A stretch of 63,203 nt of DNA, the filler included, from Candidatus Fermentibacterota bacterium (lineage in GTDB: Bacteria > JAFGKV01), in NCBI GenBank assembly GCA_016928395.1. It is 6 parts of 6 records of this genome, joined end to end, with 100 filler letters (N's around TTAATTAATTAA, not from the genome) between each part and the next. Parts side by side here need not be neighbours in the genome. Positions count along the whole stretch, not along the records: positions 19,993 to 41,299 come from JAFGKV010000115.1; 5 more parts are not named here. One strand, given 5' to 3'. Position 1 is the first letter of the stretch. The number at the start of each line of letters is the position of its first letter. The position numbers and the translations under genes were made by a program. The notes under the pieces were generated by a model that saw nothing but the letters and a program-made list of their open reading frames with translations, was not told where the DNA came from and searched no databases. Positions 27,718 through 37,557 of the stretch are shown piece by piece.

Positions 27718-29130
27718 TCAACTCTCCTTCAATGTCGGCTCAAGAGCAAAGGCCAAGGCCCGCGCGGCGGCGAGGAAGGGTTCTATGGGCGCACGCACGA
27801 CTCCCGCGCCCACCTGGCCGATGCCGGGCTCCCGGTGGGCGACACCGGTGTCGATGAAGGGCTGTAGCCCGGTGCGTGCCACCTTGACGAGGTCAATGCC
27901 CACCGGCGTGCCCCGGAAGTCAAGCCCGGGAATCCGGTAGGCGGTATGCTCGGCGGCGGTAATCTCGTACATGGCCAAGGTGTAGCCTACGGCGTCTCTT
28001 GCCGCACCGCCGACGAACTGCACGATGGCCGGGGCCGCGGCAATGGCGAAGCCGCCCAGGCCGGCGGTCTCCGTGATGGCGCTGTCGCCGATATCGGGGT
28101 TGGCATCGGCCTTGGAGAAGCCGGGAAAGAACAGGGCATCCGGCACGGGGGCGGGCGCGGTAAACCACGCGGAACCCGTGCCCGAGGCCTGCACGCCGAA
28201 CTCGGTGCCGTTGCGGGCCATGGCCACCACCACACTGCTGGAAGGGATCCCGCGAGCGGAATCCAGCGACACCTTGCAGGAGGCCATGGAGAGGTTCAGG
28301 AAGAAGTGATCGTTGCCGTCGATGAAGCGCAGGACCTCTGCCGCGGCATCTCGGGCCGCGGTTTCGACAATGGCGGGCGCAAGAATCCGCAGGAACAGGG
28401 AGGTGGCCGCGCGATTACGGTTGTGCACCTCGTCGCCCATGTGCAGGGCCTGGGCGATGATCGCGCGGAGGTCTATGCCTCCCAAAGCCTTCACGGCCTC
28501 GGCGAGCACGGGAAACAGGAGATCCGCCATCCAGTCTAGCCGTTGGATGACCTCCGGGCTGTAGGCGCCGTACCGGAGAACCTTGCCCAGCCCTTCATTC
28601 ATGGTGCAGAAGGCCTGGGCGCCGACCTCATCGTTTCGCACGACGAACACAGGCATGGAGGCTGAGATGATGCCGGCCATGGGGCCTACCGAGGCATGGT
28701 CATGGCATGGGGAGAACCGGATCGCGCCGGAGGCGGCCAGGTCGCGAGCCTCCTCAACCGTACCGGCCCGTCGCTCGTAGAGGAGCGCGCCCATGACGGC
28801 GCCCTGCATGGGGCCGCACATCCGGGGCCAGGCGATGGGAGGGCCGGCGTGAAGGATGGTATCCGGGGTCATCCCCGGGATAAGGTCGAGGGCTCTTCCC
28901 AGGGTTACCAGCCGGGGTCGAGCCGATAGGATACGGGATACGGCTTCCTGGTTGGCGGCGGTGATACGCTCGGCATGGCGCGCGAAGGCGGCCATGACAT
29001 TCGGCGGCAGTGCAGGGGGGCGCCAGTCCACCTGGATCGCCTCGGCGCCAGCGGCTCTGATGCCGTCACAGAACCAGGGAATGCCGACATTCACCACTGA
29101 CAGCGGCCGGTCAAACAGCTCGGTGCTCAT
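27718..29130 (-). CDS. yahG: DUF1116 protein, YahG/YlbE(AllG)-like
   Basis: ILHAGPP, VGPMAG, NEGLGKVLRYGA, MGDEVHNRN, MARNG, PDIGDSAITE, GQVGAG; YahG-type N-terminal VVNVG...VDWRPP segment. Confidence 0.85.
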   Translation of the reverse strand: MSTELFDRPLSVVNVGIPWFCDGIRAAGAEAIQVDWRPPALPPNVMAAFARHAERITAANQEAVSRILSARPRLVTLGRALDLIPGMTPDTILHAGPPIAWPRMCGPMQGAVMGALLYERRAGTVEEARDLAASGAIRFSPCHDHASVGPMAGIISASMPVFVVRNDEVGAQAFCTMNEGLGKVLRYGAYSPEVIQRLDWMADLLFPVLAEAVKALGGIDLRAIIAQALHMGDEVHNRNRAATSLFLRILAPAIVETAARDAAAEVLRFIDGNDHFFLNLSMASCKVSLDSARGIPSSSVVVAMARNGTEFGVQASGTGSAWFTAPAPVPDALFFPGFSKADANPDIGDSAITETAGLGGFAIAAAPAIVQFVGGAARDAVGYTLAMYEITAAEHTAYRIPGLDFRGTPVGIDLVKVARTGLQPFIDTGVAHREPGIGQVGAGVVRAPIEPFLAAARALAFALEPTLKES

Positions 29131-30680
29131 GCGTCCCTCCCTGCGGCGATGGTCGCGGCCAGGTACGACGCCGCGGCGTTGGATGGAGCGACCACAGCGC
29201 CGGCCTCACGCAGTGCATCCTGTACGGAAGGCAGGCGCTGGGGATCGGCGGCGGTGCCTGTGACCGAGACGACGATGGGCAAAGTCCTCCCCCCTTCCGA
29301 TGCAATGCGTTGGGCATCCTGAATGGCGGGCGCCAGCTCGCCGGCGGGGTCAGGGTGGGCTCCGTACCCCAGCACTACGTCCATGAGAATCACGGCGACT
29401 CCTGGGTCGCGGGCCTCCTGCACCAATCGGCGGCATCGCAGCGAGTAGTCGATCATGGGATGGGGCCTACCCACGGTGAATTCGTCGGCGCCCAAGTCCA
29501 CCAGGGAGTGCATGCCGCCCCGGGGAGCACTTGCACGTTCTGCAGATGCGGAACGCCGCAGATCGCCGGCGAAAGATCCCACGAGAGGCATCATAATGGA
29601 GGCGGCTTCGCCTCGGAGGGTACCGCCGCTGAAGAGGCCCCGCACGAAGCGCTGGGATGGCGCCAGGGAGGGCCGGATGGAGGCGGCGATGGCCTTCATC
29701 TCTGATCTGCGCGCGGCCAGGATCTGCGGTATGGCGCTCACGTCGTCGCCCTTGGCCAACGTGGCCGCGGCGATACCGGCCTCCTCCAACGTGGTCGCGG
29801 AGAATGCCCACGGGCCGGGGCCGTCATGGCTGACCCCGAGGAATGCGGTCACCACGGGTTTGTCACTCCGGCGTGCCGCCCGCGAGATCAGGGGCACCAC
29901 CTCGGTATCGGGCGCTTTGGCGATAAGCACGATCACCGCCGTGGCCGCGTCATCAGTCAAGAGACGCAGGGCCTCCAGGAACATGATACCTCCCACCTCA
30001 CGGAGGGTGTCGCGCCCGCCGGTGCCCAGAGCCTGGGAGATCCCGGCGCCCTGATTGGACACGATGGTGCTGACCTCCTGGAGCCCCGTGCCGGAGGCTG
30101 CCACGATGCCCACGGACCCGCGCCGGACGACATTGGCGAACCCCAGAGGCGCCCCATTGATGATGGCACTACCGCAGTCTGGCCCCATGAGCAGGAGCCC
30201 GCGGTTTCTGGCCAGGTGTTTGAGTTCCACTTCGCGCTCCAGGGGCACATTGTCCGAGAAGATCATGACGTGCAGGCCAAGCCGCAGGGCGTCAAGAGCC
30301 TCATCCGCCGCGAACCGGCCCGCCACGGAGATCAACGCCAAGGAGGCCGAAGGCAATGCGGCAACGCCGCCATGGAGTGTGCGCGGCGCGTCGGGCGGGA
30401 GGCTGGGGCCGCCTCCTCGCAGTGCGTCATCCACCGCGCCCAATGCTGCCGCCGCGGCATCGCCGTTGTCGGCAATGACCGCCACCAGGAGGTCTTCATC
30501 CTTCGCGCCGGCGAACGAGGGAAGCAGCATGCCCGCGGAGTGGAGAATGGCCTTGTTGGTGGCGGTAGCCATTACCAGAGCGACATCCTGCACACCGGGC
30601 AGCTTCCGCAGTTGCACGGCTGCGGCCATGAGGGCCACCGAATCGAAGTAGGAACCCGTGAGAACAGTACCGCTGGTCAT
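29127..30680 (-). CDS. yahF: FdrA/YahF(AllF)-like acyl-CoA synthetase-fold protein
   Basis: YFDSVALM, FSDNV, LLMGPDCG, ASGTGLQE, GTGGRD, GLFSGGTL, GRPHPMID, DVVLGYG. Confidence 0.9.
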   Translation of the reverse strand: MTSGTVLTGSYFDSVALMAAAVQLRKLPGVQDVALVMATATNKAILHSAGMLLPSFAGAKDEDLLVAVIADNGDAAAAALGAVDDALRGGGPSLPPDAPRTLHGGVAALPSASLALISVAGRFAADEALDALRLGLHVMIFSDNVPLEREVELKHLARNRGLLLMGPDCGSAIINGAPLGFANVVRRGSVGIVAASGTGLQEVSTIVSNQGAGISQALGTGGRDTLREVGGIMFLEALRLLTDDAATAVIVLIAKAPDTEVVPLISRAARRSDKPVVTAFLGVSHDGPGPWAFSATTLEEAGIAAATLAKGDDVSAIPQILAARRSEMKAIAASIRPSLAPSQRFVRGLFSGGTLRGEAASIMMPLVGSFAGDLRRSASAERASAPRGGMHSLVDLGADEFTVGRPHPMIDYSLRCRRLVQEARDPGVAVILMDVVLGYGAHPDPAGELAPAIQDAQRIASEGGRTLPIVVSVTGTAADPQRLPSVQDALREAGAVVAPSNAAASYLAATIAAGRDA

Positions 30681-31543
30681 GTGGTCAGTCCCTGATGGAG
30701 AGAGAGGAAGAGCCCCGTCATGAGATCGGCCCCCGAGGTAGAGCCCATGCCCATGAGCCGGTGACCGTGCGTCTCTAGTGCCGTCTCATCGCTGTGCGCC
30801 AGTGCCTCTACATAGTCTTTCACCGGCGCCGCGAAGCACCCCTCGGCTGCTAGGGTAAGTGAAGTACGTGAGAGAAGGGTTGTCCCGCGGGTATGCAGAG
30901 TCACGGTGTCCAGAGAAAGGGCAAACCGTCTGTTGCCCATTGTGGCCAGCATGTGCCGTGCGGCGAGATGACCCACCAGAAAGTCGTCACCGCTGGGCGT
31001 GAGGCCGATACCGGTGCCGCAGAGCCGGCGAACTCCCTCGGCTTCCCGGCCGCCGAACAGGAGGCGAACCCCCTGGGTGACGGCGTCAACATATCGGCTC
31101 ACGAAGCGGCTCGCTGGGGCAGTCGGCTCCACCGAGAAGAGCCACGAGAGGCTCTTTTGCGGCGCGTGACGACGGAGGAAATCCATCTGGGTAGCCATGT
31201 GTCTTTGCAGGTCGGCCCGTGTCGTCTCCACGTAAGGCCGCGATGACCAGCGGGACTCCAAGAGGGGGATACGAACGTCATCTATGGACACGGCATCCTG
31301 CGTGATCACGAGGGAGCGTGGGCATTCACACCAGAGCCCTCGGGTGACGATGTTCACCGGGCCAGGGCCCACGCGTTCGTCTACTACGGAGACCATCCGA
31401 TCCTCGGCGGCGAAGTTCGTCACGCGGGGAAATCGAGAGTGTACCCGGAAAGAGCCCGGCCTGAGGCGATCGCCGCAGGAGAGCACCTGTGGCATGCCAG
31501 CCCAGGGGGGTATGGGCGCCGGGGGGGTCTGGGCAACCTGCAT
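30677..31543 (-). CDS. yahE: DUF2877 protein, YahE/YlbF(AllH)-like
   Basis: VHSRF...N, G.GIGLTPSGDDFLVG, TTLLS, GSTSGADLMTG. Confidence 0.85.
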   Translation of the reverse strand: MQVAQTPPAPIPPWAGMPQVLSCGDRLRPGSFRVHSRFPRVTNFAAEDRMVSVVDERVGPGPVNIVTRGLWCECPRSLVITQDAVSIDDVRIPLLESRWSSRPYVETTRADLQRHMATQMDFLRRHAPQKSLSWLFSVEPTAPASRFVSRYVDAVTQGVRLLFGGREAEGVRRLCGTGIGLTPSGDDFLVGHLAARHMLATMGNRRFALSLDTVTLHTRGTTLLSRTSLTLAAEGCFAAPVKDYVEALAHSDETALETHGHRLMGMGSTSGADLMTGLFLSLHQGLTT

Positions 31544-31690
31544 GAAGGACCTGCCGGGTATGGGTACGAGAACATCGACGAGAGAGGGATGATGGTCGGA
31601 TGGCGCGCCATGTCAAGCCGCACGGGCCCGTACGCCGCGGGAGTGTCTCATGGCGAGAAGGGAGGTGAAGCGGTGGTGGGACGACGAACT

Positions 31691-31723
31691 GAAACGGGGC
31701 GACGGGCAGATCCCGTCGCCCCG
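31691..31723 (-). terminator. Intrinsic terminator after Omp28-like gene
   Basis: 12-bp stem CGGGGCGACGGG/CCCGTCGCCCCG with short TTT tail on the minus strand. Confidence 0.65.
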
Positions 31724-31740
31724 ACATCTCTGACGGAAGT

Positions 31741-33057
31741 CTACCGAGTGACTACCACTTTCACCGCGGATTCGCCGCCGGAGGCGCTCAGCCGGGCGAT
31801 GTAGAGCCCGGGCCCAACACGATGGTTTGCACCATCAGCCAGGTCCCACACGGCAGCATGGAAGCCTGCTTCCGCGGTAGTGCGCAGCGTCCGCACATGG
31901 CGGCCGCTGACATCGTAGATCGCCAACGAGGCTGGGGCATCCTCAGGCAAGGAATAGCGGAACGTGACGTCGCCGGCGGCGGGGCACGGTTGGGCGGGCT
32001 CCAGGCGTAATGCGGTGGGAGCTCCCCACGCCCGTGGGACCGACACACGTACCGGTGCGTGGAACCGTTCAATGCCGGAGAGTGACACATCGGAGAGGGT
32101 GTAGAGGTACGTCGTCCCTGCATCGATGTCTCCATCGACATACTCGTAGGCCTGGGGGACGGCGGTGGTGCCGGCGCCGGGCACCATTCCAGGGGTGAGT
32201 ACCTCCCTGCGACCATCAACGGTACGGTAGATGCGGAAACCAGCATTGTCCGTCTCGGATGCAGTGGTCCAGGAGAGGAGTACGCCGTCGCGGGTAGTAT
32301 GGGCGGCGAATCCAACCAGTTCCACCGGAGTCACCTGGGCCAAGTTGCCGCCTTGGAGAATCTCCTTGGTAGTATCGTCCTGCAGGAAGGCAACTATGGT
32401 ACAGGCCCGGTCACGCCACCCCGCGGGGATCTGGAAGCTCTGGACATCACTCACCATCCCGCCGGAGGGGACAGTGATTCCGACCCCGGCCGCCGAGGGG
32501 AAGACATGCAGAGCAGTGAAGTACAGGTGATTAAAGCCCTGCCAGTTGTACAGGGTATCATCGCCGGTGGCCACGTAACGGAGTGTGGCAGTGATGTCGT
32601 CTCGCTCCGGCTCGCTGTAGATGTCAGCCCGAACCGTTCCCTGCCCGGTTGCACCGTCATAGGAGAGCAAGGTCAGGTCCATGAAGACGGGGCTGGGGAT
32701 ACCTTGGCGCTGATTGTAGAAGGGGGTGTAGTCGACCGGGATTGTGTCGCCTCCCAGTACTCTGATCAGACCGTCCAACATCACCGTCGGATACCCGGTG
32801 ACCGTGTAGTAGTTCTTGCGGTCAACACAGCCGGGAACCTGGAACGCATCGCTGACGTGGTAGGCCACTACCGCGAGACGTTCCCCCACCTGTTGCTCCA
32901 GATTGTACAGGCCTTCCATGGCACTGGGACACCACCCGCACCATGTTCCGGTGAACTCCTCGGCAACCACGGTACGCAACGCCGCGGTGGCCGGGATTGG
33001 CAGCAGCACCACCAGCGCGAGCAGAGGCGCGAGTTTCGAAGGATAGGCTCGTGTCAC
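31741..33057 (-). CDS. Omp28-related thioredoxin-fold secreted protein with FlgD-Ig/T9SS-like tail
   Basis: Signal peptide; EEFTGTWCGWCP, GYPTVMLDG, IVAFLQD...EILQ; PVELVGF module; IYDVSGRHVRTL...GLYIARL tail. Confidence 0.85.
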   Translation of the reverse strand: MTRAYPSKLAPLLALVVLLPIPATAALRTVVAEEFTGTWCGWCPSAMEGLYNLEQQVGERLAVVAYHVSDAFQVPGCVDRKNYYTVTGYPTVMLDGLIRVLGGDTIPVDYTPFYNQRQGIPSPVFMDLTLLSYDGATGQGTVRADIYSEPERDDITATLRYVATGDDTLYNWQGFNHLYFTALHVFPSAAGVGITVPSGGMVSDVQSFQIPAGWRDRACTIVAFLQDDTTKEILQGGNLAQVTPVELVGFAAHTTRDGVLLSWTTASETDNAGFRIYRTVDGRREVLTPGMVPGAGTTAVPQAYEYVDGDIDAGTTYLYTLSDVSLSGIERFHAPVRVSVPRAWGAPTALRLEPAQPCPAAGDVTFRYSLPEDAPASLAIYDVSGRHVRTLRTTAEAGFHAAVWDLADGANHRVGPGLYIARLSASGGESAVKVVVTR

Positions 33058-33331
33058 AGGTGTTCCTCCTTCCGGATCACAAGGGCCGATTGCACAACGG
33101 GGCTTCACGTAACAGACCCATGCCAAAGGTGTCAAACATATCTTAACCGTGGGGGTAGAAACAAATCGCTGGGGTGAGAACGGATGGTGCTTCGCAGTCG
33201 ACAGGCGAACGCCACTGCCGGTGGATTACGACACTGCTGGAGCAGCCGGCAGTGGAGTGCGGGGCAAGGCGGGCACAGGAACGGGTGACAGACTGGCCCC
33301 CGAAAAATGGATTCTCTGGGCGATGAAGTCC

Positions 33332-33787
33332 CTACTCGGATTCGATGATCCTTTCGAAGACTTCACGACCCGTGGGCTCGAAACTCATGGCCTCCGCCAA
33401 GAGGATAAGTTCCCTCTGGGTGCGTCGGAGTCGTACTTCCATGCTGCGGGCACCCTTGGATGCGGCAAACCGAAGAGCCTCAGCTTCCAACGCCTTGAGG
33501 GTAGCTCCGCCCCGGTAGGGCTTCGACACATAGAGTTCATGGATGCAGAACACCAGCCCCATGTGGACCGTGCTGGCGGTGAACCCACCCATCAGATAGC
33601 CCACGGGGAATCGCCCTTCCCAAGCCACCAAGACATGAAGGCCGCCCTCCCGCTTCCCCATCAGCTCATGCAGCGCCTCCGCCATCCGCCGGGGATCGAC
33701 CGTGCGGCCAAAGTCTTCACGCAATGCAACGACAAGGTGGAGAATGTCAGCCAGGCGCCGGCGGGAGATTCGCTGAGTCCGTATCAT
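33332..33787 (-). CDS. GNAT-family N-acetyltransferase
   Basis: VLVAWEGRFPVGY, IHELYVSKPYRGG motif A-like region. Confidence 0.7.
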   Translation of the reverse strand: MIRTQRISRRRLADILHLVVALREDFGRTVDPRRMAEALHELMGKREGGLHVLVAWEGRFPVGYLMGGFTASTVHMGLVFCIHELYVSKPYRGGATLKALEAEALRFAASKGARSMEVRLRRTQRELILLAEAMSFEPTGREVFERIIESE

Positions 33788-33923
33788 GAGTGCCTTTCCG
33801 GTGAGCGCGCATTTCTTGGTGATCAAAGGAGCACCGAGAGGAGGTCCGACGGTGCAATGGGCCGATCCGATCGGCATGTGCCATGGCACGGAGAGGAAGA
33901 CGACCCTTGAACACCATGGTTGA

Positions 33924-35438
33924 TCATTGCCGACTCCTAAGGTACAGTACGGCGTTTTGGTAGTCCAGCACCCAGTCGAACCGCTCGAGAAGCGGCAACC
34001 CGATATTCCCTGCCACCTCCGTGGCGGCCGTTACGCCACGGCCAGTCGGCGAAAACAGCGTCCTCACGCCCTCAAGCCGCACGCCGCCCAGCACGAGGGA
34101 GTCGACCTCGCCCACGAAGACATCACCGCCTCCTCCAATGCCCGCAGCGGACTGGAGGGCGAGGCTTTCGGGCGGGGGCATTATGCCCTCCTGGATGGCA
34201 AACGGCGTGTGCATGATCAGGGGGAAGGAGTTGCCGGTGTCTATGATGAAACGCCCCTTTCTGCCTTCCACATAGGCATCCACCATGGGGACACTGGCCA
34301 CGAACTGGAGAGGGAGCTTCACGTAGTCTTCCCCAGGATCAAGTCCCGGCGGTGCCAGCAGGAGTGAGTCGCCCCTTCCTATACGTCCCACTGAACGCTC
34401 CGAGAACAACCCATACCCAAGGATTCCGTGCACCGGTTCCGGCTCCGACTGGTTCATCAGGGATAGATCGACCACCGCAAGCCTCACCCCCTGCATGTGC
34501 ACGCAGCCGACACTCAATTCCTCGGCCTGGGCGACTCCGACGGTCTCGAACCCGACGACGCCTTGGGCCGGAAGCGCCCCCTGGGAGGTCATTCCCAACC
34601 TCGATGCGGCAGACTTGTCGATGCACGACATGCCGGCGCCCGAGTCAACATAGAAACGTAATGTCGTGGTTTCCCCCAGGTTCACCGGTGCGATGAGGTG
34701 ACCATTCATGCTGATCGGCACGACGCATGACGTCTCACGAACGATTTCGAGGCGGCCAGGCCGGCGAAATACCGCATCTGATACTGTGGCATTTACTTTC
34801 ACCTGATCGACCTTCATCTCGAGAGAGAACATGCCTGCAATGGTCTGTACCCCACGAAACGGCAACATCAGGCCTTCGGCGGGCCTGAAATCCAGGAACC
34901 GCGCCTCCACCGGCATGCCGAGTTTGGAGAGTTTCACCTTGTCCAAGAGCCCCGTGTCGCGGTTGAAGAAGAGATGGACGGGCCCACCGCCATGCTCAAC
35001 CACCACACAGACATGGGAGGAGTCAGAGAACTCGTCGCAGAGGCGCATCTTGGCACGCAGCTCATCGCTCATGGGAGCGGCCGCCCCCACTTGCGCCAGA
35101 AGGAGGAACTCCTCAAGCTCCGCCTCGGACAGTGTTCTGACCACCCCGCTATGGTCCTGGATCCAGCCCTGCTCCTCGGCGTATGCCCATGCGTAACTGA
35201 GCGGCCCGATATCGATGCGTTCCATCACCCAATCCGGTGATTTCTGCACGGAGTAGGTCGTGCCGGAAAGGCCCATCCCTTCCACGGAGCCGAACATCTG
35301 CAGCGAGTGAATGCCGTCCAAGACTCCGCGTCCTCCCAAGGCAATCTCATAGCGGCCCAGAATCTCGTCTACGGTGATGCTTCGGGCAGGGCTACACGAA
35401 AGCAGAAGAACAAGGGCGCCTACGTATCTCGAATCCAT
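33924..35438 (-). CDS. Secreted/lipoprotein aspartyl protease with two retropepsin-like domains and N-terminal LolA-like region
   Basis: Signal LLLLSC; FYVDSGAG...GILGY and FIIDTGNS...GNIGL motifs. Confidence 0.8.
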   Translation of the reverse strand: MDSRYVGALVLLLSCSPARSITVDEILGRYEIALGGRGVLDGIHSLQMFGSVEGMGLSGTTYSVQKSPDWVMERIDIGPLSYAWAYAEEQGWIQDHSGVVRTLSEAELEEFLLLAQVGAAAPMSDELRAKMRLCDEFSDSSHVCVVVEHGGGPVHLFFNRDTGLLDKVKLSKLGMPVEARFLDFRPAEGLMLPFRGVQTIAGMFSLEMKVDQVKVNATVSDAVFRRPGRLEIVRETSCVVPISMNGHLIAPVNLGETTTLRFYVDSGAGMSCIDKSAASRLGMTSQGALPAQGVVGFETVGVAQAEELSVGCVHMQGVRLAVVDLSLMNQSEPEPVHGILGYGLFSERSVGRIGRGDSLLLAPPGLDPGEDYVKLPLQFVASVPMVDAYVEGRKGRFIIDTGNSFPLIMHTPFAIQEGIMPPPESLALQSAAGIGGGGDVFVGEVDSLVLGGVRLEGVRTLFSPTGRGVTAATEVAGNIGLPLLERFDWVLDYQNAVLYLRSRQ

Positions 35439-36649
35439 TGGAGTACCTCTCTTGGGGATGGCGGCGAGCCCCGCATGAGGATGCCGGCCCGGTAGATCCG
35501 GGAAGCGATCCAAAGGCTTGCCACGATGAACAGCATGAGCCCCACGATCGACAGCGCCACCTCGATGGCGGCCGCGGCCCCCACGGCAATCCTGGCCACC
35601 ATGAGCACCGGAGCAAAGAGGGGAACCAAAGAGAGCACCCTGGCCGTGGCGGAAGTCGGCGAGGCGATCACAAGCCATACCAGTATGATCGGCGCTACCA
35701 ACAACGCGGTCACGGGCAGGTGTAGATGCTGTGCGTCGGCGGTGGAGTTGACCATTCCGGCCACCATGGCGTACAGGGCGGCGAACAAGATATAGCCCAG
35801 AAGGAAATAGCCAATGCAGGCCACGGCCAACCCCAGCGACCAGGGGGGCAGCGGGTACGGCGCCGGGGAGCGGAGCGATACCACCGATGAGAGTAGTGCA
35901 GCAATGAGGAACCAGATTACGTATTGGGTCAGGCCGACGGAGGCCACGCCGCATATTTTGCCGGCCAGCAGGTCAACAGGCCGCGCGCTGGAAAGCAGCA
36001 TTTCGACGATTCGGCCCGATTTCTCCTCCACCACTGCCCGCATGGTCGCCAAGCCGTACGTGAGAAGCGTGACATAGAGGAGCATGGCCATGAAAAGGGC
36101 CAGTCCCGCCGCGCCCCAAGGGTTCGCAGTCTGAACCCTCACCGTCCTCCACGCGACGCGGGTCGCCAATGACCGAGCCCGCAGACTATCAAGCCCCATC
36201 GCTTCACCTCGGCGTCGCACCGAGGCCTCAAACAGCAGTTCCCGCAACGCCGCGTGAAGCCGCACTTCGTCAGTCAGGTTCATTGAGGAGGCACTCATCA
36301 GCTCGGCCTCCTCTCCGTTTTGCGCGATCACCATGGCGCCATCCAGGGCGTGGGTCTGCACAAGGCTGGTAAGGGTGGAATAGGGGAGGTCCGGTGGAGA
36401 ATACACCAGTCGAACCGGCTCCATCCCCTCCACCTTCAGCACCGACTGGTCTTGAGGGCCCATGATGCCGATGCTGTCGATCACCATGACGGTGAAGCCT
36501 GAGGGAGATGCGCTCCTGGAGGACAGCTGCGGCAGGCCGACGATGGCGGCAAGCACCAGCGGCCCCGCCACGGTACCGATGCGGAAACTGACCGATCGGA
36601 CGCGGCAAAGATACTCGCGGCGGGCAACCACGAGCCAGGATGGGCTCAC
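35420..36649 (-). CDS. ABC-2 type transporter permease (NatB/YhaP-like)
   Basis: VARREY...VRS; VVEEKSGRIVEMLLSS..P..LLAGKI; six-TM pattern. Confidence 0.9.
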   Translation of the reverse strand: MSPSWLVVARREYLCRVRSVSFRIGTVAGPLVLAAIVGLPQLSSRSASPSGFTVMVIDSIGIMGPQDQSVLKVEGMEPVRLVYSPPDLPYSTLTSLVQTHALDGAMVIAQNGEEAELMSASSMNLTDEVRLHAALRELLFEASVRRRGEAMGLDSLRARSLATRVAWRTVRVQTANPWGAAGLALFMAMLLYVTLLTYGLATMRAVVEEKSGRIVEMLLSSARPVDLLAGKICGVASVGLTQYVIWFLIAALLSSVVSLRSPAPYPLPPWSLGLAVACIGYFLLGYILFAALYAMVAGMVNSTADAQHLHLPVTALLVAPIILVWLVIASPTSATARVLSLVPLFAPVLMVARIAVGAAAAIEVALSIVGLMLFIVASLWIASRIYRAGILMRGSPPSPREVLQWIRDT

Positions 36650-37557
36650 CGGATCACTCTCATGAAGATGTCACGAAGACTCGCGGGCCTAAGCTCCACT
36701 TCCACGATCTCACCGGCAGCCGCGAGGCCACGAATGAAATCCAGCGGATCGTCCGGCGACGACCACCGTACGGTGACGGTGGTTCCCACGACGGTTGCAT
36801 CCATGCCTTGGATGGGCAAAGCCGGCACGGGCGCACGGAATACCACCTTCACCACCCGGTGGCCCACGGAATGCCGCAGGGTGTCTATACTCCCTTCCGC
36901 CGCCACGGTACCGTGGTCAAGAAAGGTGACGTGGTCGCAGATCTCTTCGGCCCGTTCCATGGCGTGGGTCGAAAGTAGCACAGCCCTACCCCTGGCCCTG
37001 AGATCCGCCAGAAGCTCCATGAGGCGGGCCACATGCAGCGGATCGAGCCCGGTGAATGGTTCGTCGAGTACCACCAAATCAGGTTCATGTACGAGGGCCA
37101 CGGCCACCTGTAGAAGCTGTTGAAGCCCCATGCTTAGCTCATCGGTTCGCCGCCGTGCCAGAGGAGTGAGACCAAGGAAGCCGAGCCAATAGGCGACCCG
37201 TTCCTTGATGGCATGCCGAGGCATGCGCCTGAGGGCCGCGAAGAAGGCCAACTGGTCGGCCACGGTCATTCGGGGATACAGGCCGCGCTCCTCAGGCAGG
37301 TAGCCGGTGCGGAAAACGGCGTGCCGATCCATCGGCGCCTCATCCCGCAGGATGGTGCCGCCATCGGCCCTGAGAATGCCCATGACCGTGCGCAGCGTCG
37401 TTGTCTTGCCCGCGCCGTTGGGGCCCAGAAGGCCGTGCACCGAGCCGGGCATCACCTCCAGAGAGAGCTCACGCACGGCGAGCGTATCGCCGAACCGTTT
37501 CTGCAGGCGGTGAACAGAGAGAGAACCGGGCTTCCCCTGAGACGGGGCAGAGTTCAC
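36646..37557 (-). CDS. ABC transporter ATP-binding protein (NatA/YhaQ-like)
   Basis: GPNGAGKTT, GYLPEERGLYP, LSMGLQQ, LDEPFTGLDP, STH; GTGA overlap with upstream ORF. Confidence 0.92.
   Translation of the reverse strand: MNSAPSQGKPGSLSVHRLQKRFGDTLAVRELSLEVMPGSVHGLLGPNGAGKTTTLRTVMGILRADGGTILRDEAPMDRHAVFRTGYLPEERGLYPRMTVADQLAFFAALRRMPRHAIKERVAYWLGFLGLTPLARRRTDELSMGLQQLLQVAVALVHEPDLVVLDEPFTGLDPLHVARLMELLADLRARGRAVLLSTHAMERAEEICDHVTFLDHGTVAAEGSIDTLRHSVGHRVVKVVFRAPVPALPIQGMDATVVGTTVTVRWSSPDDPLDFIRGLAAAGEIVEVELRPASLRDIFMRVIR

Noticed and set aside
31589-31616. TTGACA-N16-CATCAT promoter with ATGGCGCGCCAT palindrome upstream of the yahE-like gene
   Set aside because: Plausible but the -10 is weak and GC palindromes are common at this composition; no regulator gene nearby
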